Virus record (IMG/VR): IMGVR_UViG_3300043173_000175
Coordinates: 1-56,477 of that record
Length of the DNA stretch: 56,477 nucleotides
Reading direction: 5' to 3' (one strand)
DNA from: a virus
Taxonomy: Duplodnaviria > Caudoviricetes
Below, piece by piece: positions 53,831-56,477 of this stretch (position 1 is its first letter; each line of letters opens with the position of its first letter). The notes below the pieces were generated by a model. That model did no database searches. It worked only from the letters and a program-made list of their open reading frames with translations, and was not told where the DNA came from. A program made the position numbers and the translations under genes.

Positions 53831-56064
53831 TAATACTGGCCTCCACCGCCAAGCCTGCGCTTCATCTCAGCCTCACCGAGATTCTGCTGCTCAGCGTACA
53901 TCGCGTTCTCCATGTCCTTTCGATTTGGAACGTAGCCATCGAGGTGCGTCTTGGCATAATTCGTGAAATATACAGGCCACGTAACCGGCTTCTTGACAGC
54001 ATCATCGCCCTCACCAACCAGCATCGTCGTTTCAATGTTCTCGAATTTGACATAGTGGATGAATCCGAACTTGCGCATCCTCGGCGTCATCGTCATCGCA
54101 TTAAGTGGGTGCTCAAGGCGAAGATCGGTGCCACCCCAGTAGGTGAACGGACCCCAGCCCAACTCTTCCAGCTCATCCCAATTACTCGCGTCACGCACCC
54201 ATGCCTTTTCGCCCATCATCTTCAGCAGGATGTCACGGCGCTCAGTGTAGGGAACCTCACCGCCGCCATACTTCTGCTTAGAGACCTCGCCAACATGATT
54301 CTGGAAGAGGAATAGCTCGCGCTGCCATGTCTCCTCCTGTTCAGGAGTGCGCCCAGTTCTCGGCAGCAACATGCCAGAGCCGCTGATACCGCCGCCCATC
54401 AGCGAGGTGAAAATCTGCGGATTGGTCATTATGTTTTCAAGATTCGTCACGGCTTTCGGCTTCCTGAGATCGTCCTGATCCTCCTTCAGCTTAGCCCAGA
54501 CGCCCGGAGTGAACTGCGACATCCATTCAGCGCTATCGAGTATCTGATCCAGCTTCCACTCTCTTGTCTGACTCTCCCACTCAGACCATGAGTGTCGCGA
54601 CTGCTCCTCCTTGACCTCGGTGGATTTATTGCCATCTTTATCAGTTACGGTCCCAGTCTCCTGAGCCCAGGTAGTCACAGCAGCAAAGCCGGCGCGGCCA
54701 TTGAGTAGGCTGTCCTCGAGCGCATACAGGTCGCGCTTGTTGGCCTCGCCCATGCGCTCCCACATCGTAGGATCTTCGAGAGCGATGTCGTCAACACGGA
54801 AACCGTCCTCATCCCTGAGCCGCTGAGAGAACGACGCATTGGTCTCTTTGTTGAAGCGGATCTCGTCGTTGTTTTCATCGATTATGTGCTGGCGCTGCCG
54901 GCGCTCAGCCTTTTCCAGCGTCGAGCCCTCGACAAGGTTTTTCAGATGATCGTAGGCCGCCTCAGGATCCTCAGGATAGATCGAATTGACAGCAGCCACC
55001 GCTTCCTGAGCGGCTACAGACTGACGATTCTCCTTGTCCCGACCCAGCGCCGCCTTGAGCATCGTCGCCGCCGTGTCAGCGTGTAGAAAATCGCCGATAT
55101 TCTTGGCGCCGCCGCCAGCCATGAGATCCGCGCTGCTGACCGGGCCGGCACCTGAGGCACTCTTGCCTTGGCTGTCAAGGATCGACTGGCCCCACGCTGA
55201 GGTTTCGGCAGTAAAATCACCCTGATACGGAGAGCCCTTGTCACCGGGCTCGACACCCGGAGGGTACTCAGGCAATCCGGCAGCCTTGCGGTTCGCTCTG
55301 ACGCGCTCATCGGTAGCCGCAGGCGAGATGTCTCGGCCTCGTGCATCCCTGTCGACGTTGTCGCCGTAGCCCTTGCGGTGAGCCAGGGTGCCGCTGAGAA
55401 TCTCAATCTGCTCCTCGTCGCTCATGGCGGTGATCGACGCCATGGCAAAGTCCTGTGTCAGCTTTTGCCGCGCAGCCTCAGCCGGCACGGCGCCATTGAC
55501 GCCAAAATACCCAGCCGCTTCTGCCGCATTGATGGCTTCGAGCTGGCCCTGAATGATGGCGTTCCTGCTGGCGTAATCGGTCGCTCTGAGCAGGTTTTCC
55601 CGGGCTCGGGCCATACCGTCCATGAGTGCCGCGTAGCCCTGATCGACCTCGATCTCGCGGGCGCGGCCACGAACAGCAACACCGCCACGAGTGCCAATGA
55701 GATTAGCCTCGGCATTGAGGATCGCTTTATCGTGCGGATCCATGTTGGGGTATTTTTGAGCAATTTTCTCACGAGCCGTGCGAAACCCCAGATCGTAGCG
55801 ATCGCTCTGAGTGGCGTGATCGGTGTCGTTTGCCAGCTTCTCGCGCTCGAGCAGATCGGCCTCGACAATCTCGTTGCGGGCCAGCGCATAATTCAGGTCA
55901 TCCTGCTTACCCTGCTTCTCCTCGAGGATGTTCTTGAATTCGGTCGCCGCTGCCAGTATCGCCTGAGCGGATTCCTGAGATCCCGTTCCCGGCATATCGA
56001 GTCGATTTGACTGCAGGCTGGGCCGCTGGCCGTAATCAATAGCTTCTGGGAGGCGAACACCCAT
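53830..56064 (-). CDS. Internal virion protein
   Basis: Helical ~744 aa; ATG at 56064 coupled to the upstream stop. Confidence 0.6.
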   Translation of the reverse strand: MGVRLPEAIDYGQRPSLQSNRLDMPGTGSQESAQAILAAATEFKNILEEKQGKQDDLNYALARNEIVEADLLEREKLANDTDHATQSDRYDLGFRTAREKIAQKYPNMDPHDKAILNAEANLIGTRGGVAVRGRAREIEVDQGYAALMDGMARARENLLRATDYASRNAIIQGQLEAINAAEAAGYFGVNGAVPAEAARQKLTQDFAMASITAMSDEEQIEILSGTLAHRKGYGDNVDRDARGRDISPAATDERVRANRKAAGLPEYPPGVEPGDKGSPYQGDFTAETSAWGQSILDSQGKSASGAGPVSSADLMAGGGAKNIGDFLHADTAATMLKAALGRDKENRQSVAAQEAVAAVNSIYPEDPEAAYDHLKNLVEGSTLEKAERRQRQHIIDENNDEIRFNKETNASFSQRLRDEDGFRVDDIALEDPTMWERMGEANKRDLYALEDSLLNGRAGFAAVTTWAQETGTVTDKDGNKSTEVKEEQSRHSWSEWESQTREWKLDQILDSAEWMSQFTPGVWAKLKEDQDDLRKPKAVTNLENIMTNPQIFTSLMGGGISGSGMLLPRTGRTPEQEETWQRELFLFQNHVGEVSKQKYGGGEVPYTERRDILLKMMGEKAWVRDASNWDELEELGWGPFTYWGGTDLRLEHPLNAMTMTPRMRKFGFIHYVKFENIETTMLVGEGDDAVKKPVTWPVYFTNYAKTHLDGYVPNRKDMENAMYAEQQNLGEAEMKRRLGGGGQY

Positions 56065-56477
56065 TAGCTGAAGTCCTGCGCCACCGTGGCGTACCAAATA
56101 GCGCCGCCATCCCATGTCGCCAGATGCAGCAGATCAACGCCAGTCGTGAGAGTCGCGGTGAGTGTCGGAGCTATACCACCGGCCCACTTCACCGAAGCCG
56201 GCCAGCTCGTAACATTCCAGCCGCCAGTGGAGTCCTGCTTGAACTTGATCGTTATTTCGCCGTACTTGCCGGAGGCCGGAGGATTGCTCAACGTGACAGT
56301 ATCAATGTCCTCGGTCAGCTCGACCTCGAAAGCATTGCCCGCCTCACAATTAAACTCAATCGCGCCAGCGGCGCTGGCCGGTGAGGTCGAGGTGATCGCG
56401 TAGTCAAGGATCTCGGCCCGCTGCACCTGTTCATCGAGACAGCCAAGGGCACCACCAAGTTCCGGTGTCGCGTCCTC
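56064..56477 (-). CDS. Tail/fibre-type protein, C-terminal part (5' end outside window)
   Basis: Open to the window edge; shares the DY...NPP.SG.YGE...W..G..PTLT...D..HL.T.DGG..W module with both fibre genes. Confidence 0.65.
   Translation of the reverse strand, partial: EDATPELGGALGCLDEQVQRAEILDYAITSTSPASAAGAIEFNCEAGNAFEVELTEDIDTVTLSNPPASGKYGEITIKFKQDSTGGWNVTSWPASVKWAGGIAPTLTATLTTGVDLLHLATWDGGAIWYATVAQDFS

Larger units (their letters stand above)
1..56477. mobile_element. Tailed dsDNA bacteriophage (podovirus-like, BPP-1/T7-type structural module), near-complete, cut at both edges
   Basis: Terminases, head-tail connector, capsid, tail tube, fibres, lysis and ERF/YqaJ genes fill the window; no host housekeeping genes. 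Confidence 0.95.

Noticed and set aside
1-56477. Frequent CTCGAG/TCGA sites
   Set aside because: Plausibly explained by CTC-GAG (Leu-Glu) and related codon pairs; enrichment was not computed, so no claim is made

Overview
The whole window is a tailed dsDNA phage genome, apparently near-complete and cut inside tail genes at both edges. It is podovirus-like, with a BPP-1/T7-type head-tail module, GC-rich, and has sigma70-type promoters. No integrase, DNA polymerase, primase, RNA polymerase or reverse transcriptase is visible. Layout: (-) packaging/head/tail-tube genes at 1-12030 (terS, terL, portal, scaffold, capsid, tail tube A/B), with a probable packaging site or genome end near 11200-11340. 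(+) A 6.2 kb operon of about 17 mostly small genes at 12154-18322. (-) Helicase/nuclease and accessory genes at 18306-28267. (+) An ERF/YqaJ recombination module at 28377-32221. (-) Internal virion proteins, tail fibres, a sulfotransferase and lysis genes at 32393-56477. The most interesting element is the 12090-18322 operon. It starts at a promoter with an inverted repeat between -35 and -10 and ends in an Aca1-like HTH gene. It carries an ArdC-like domain and two DNA methyltransferases. It is divided into 1-4 gene cassettes by five covarying ~60 bp hairpin repeats that are neither CRISPR repeats nor attC sites. This is a candidate repeat-organised anti-defence (anti-CRISPR/anti-restriction) cassette array. 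Family assignments are from motif recognition only; no searches were run.
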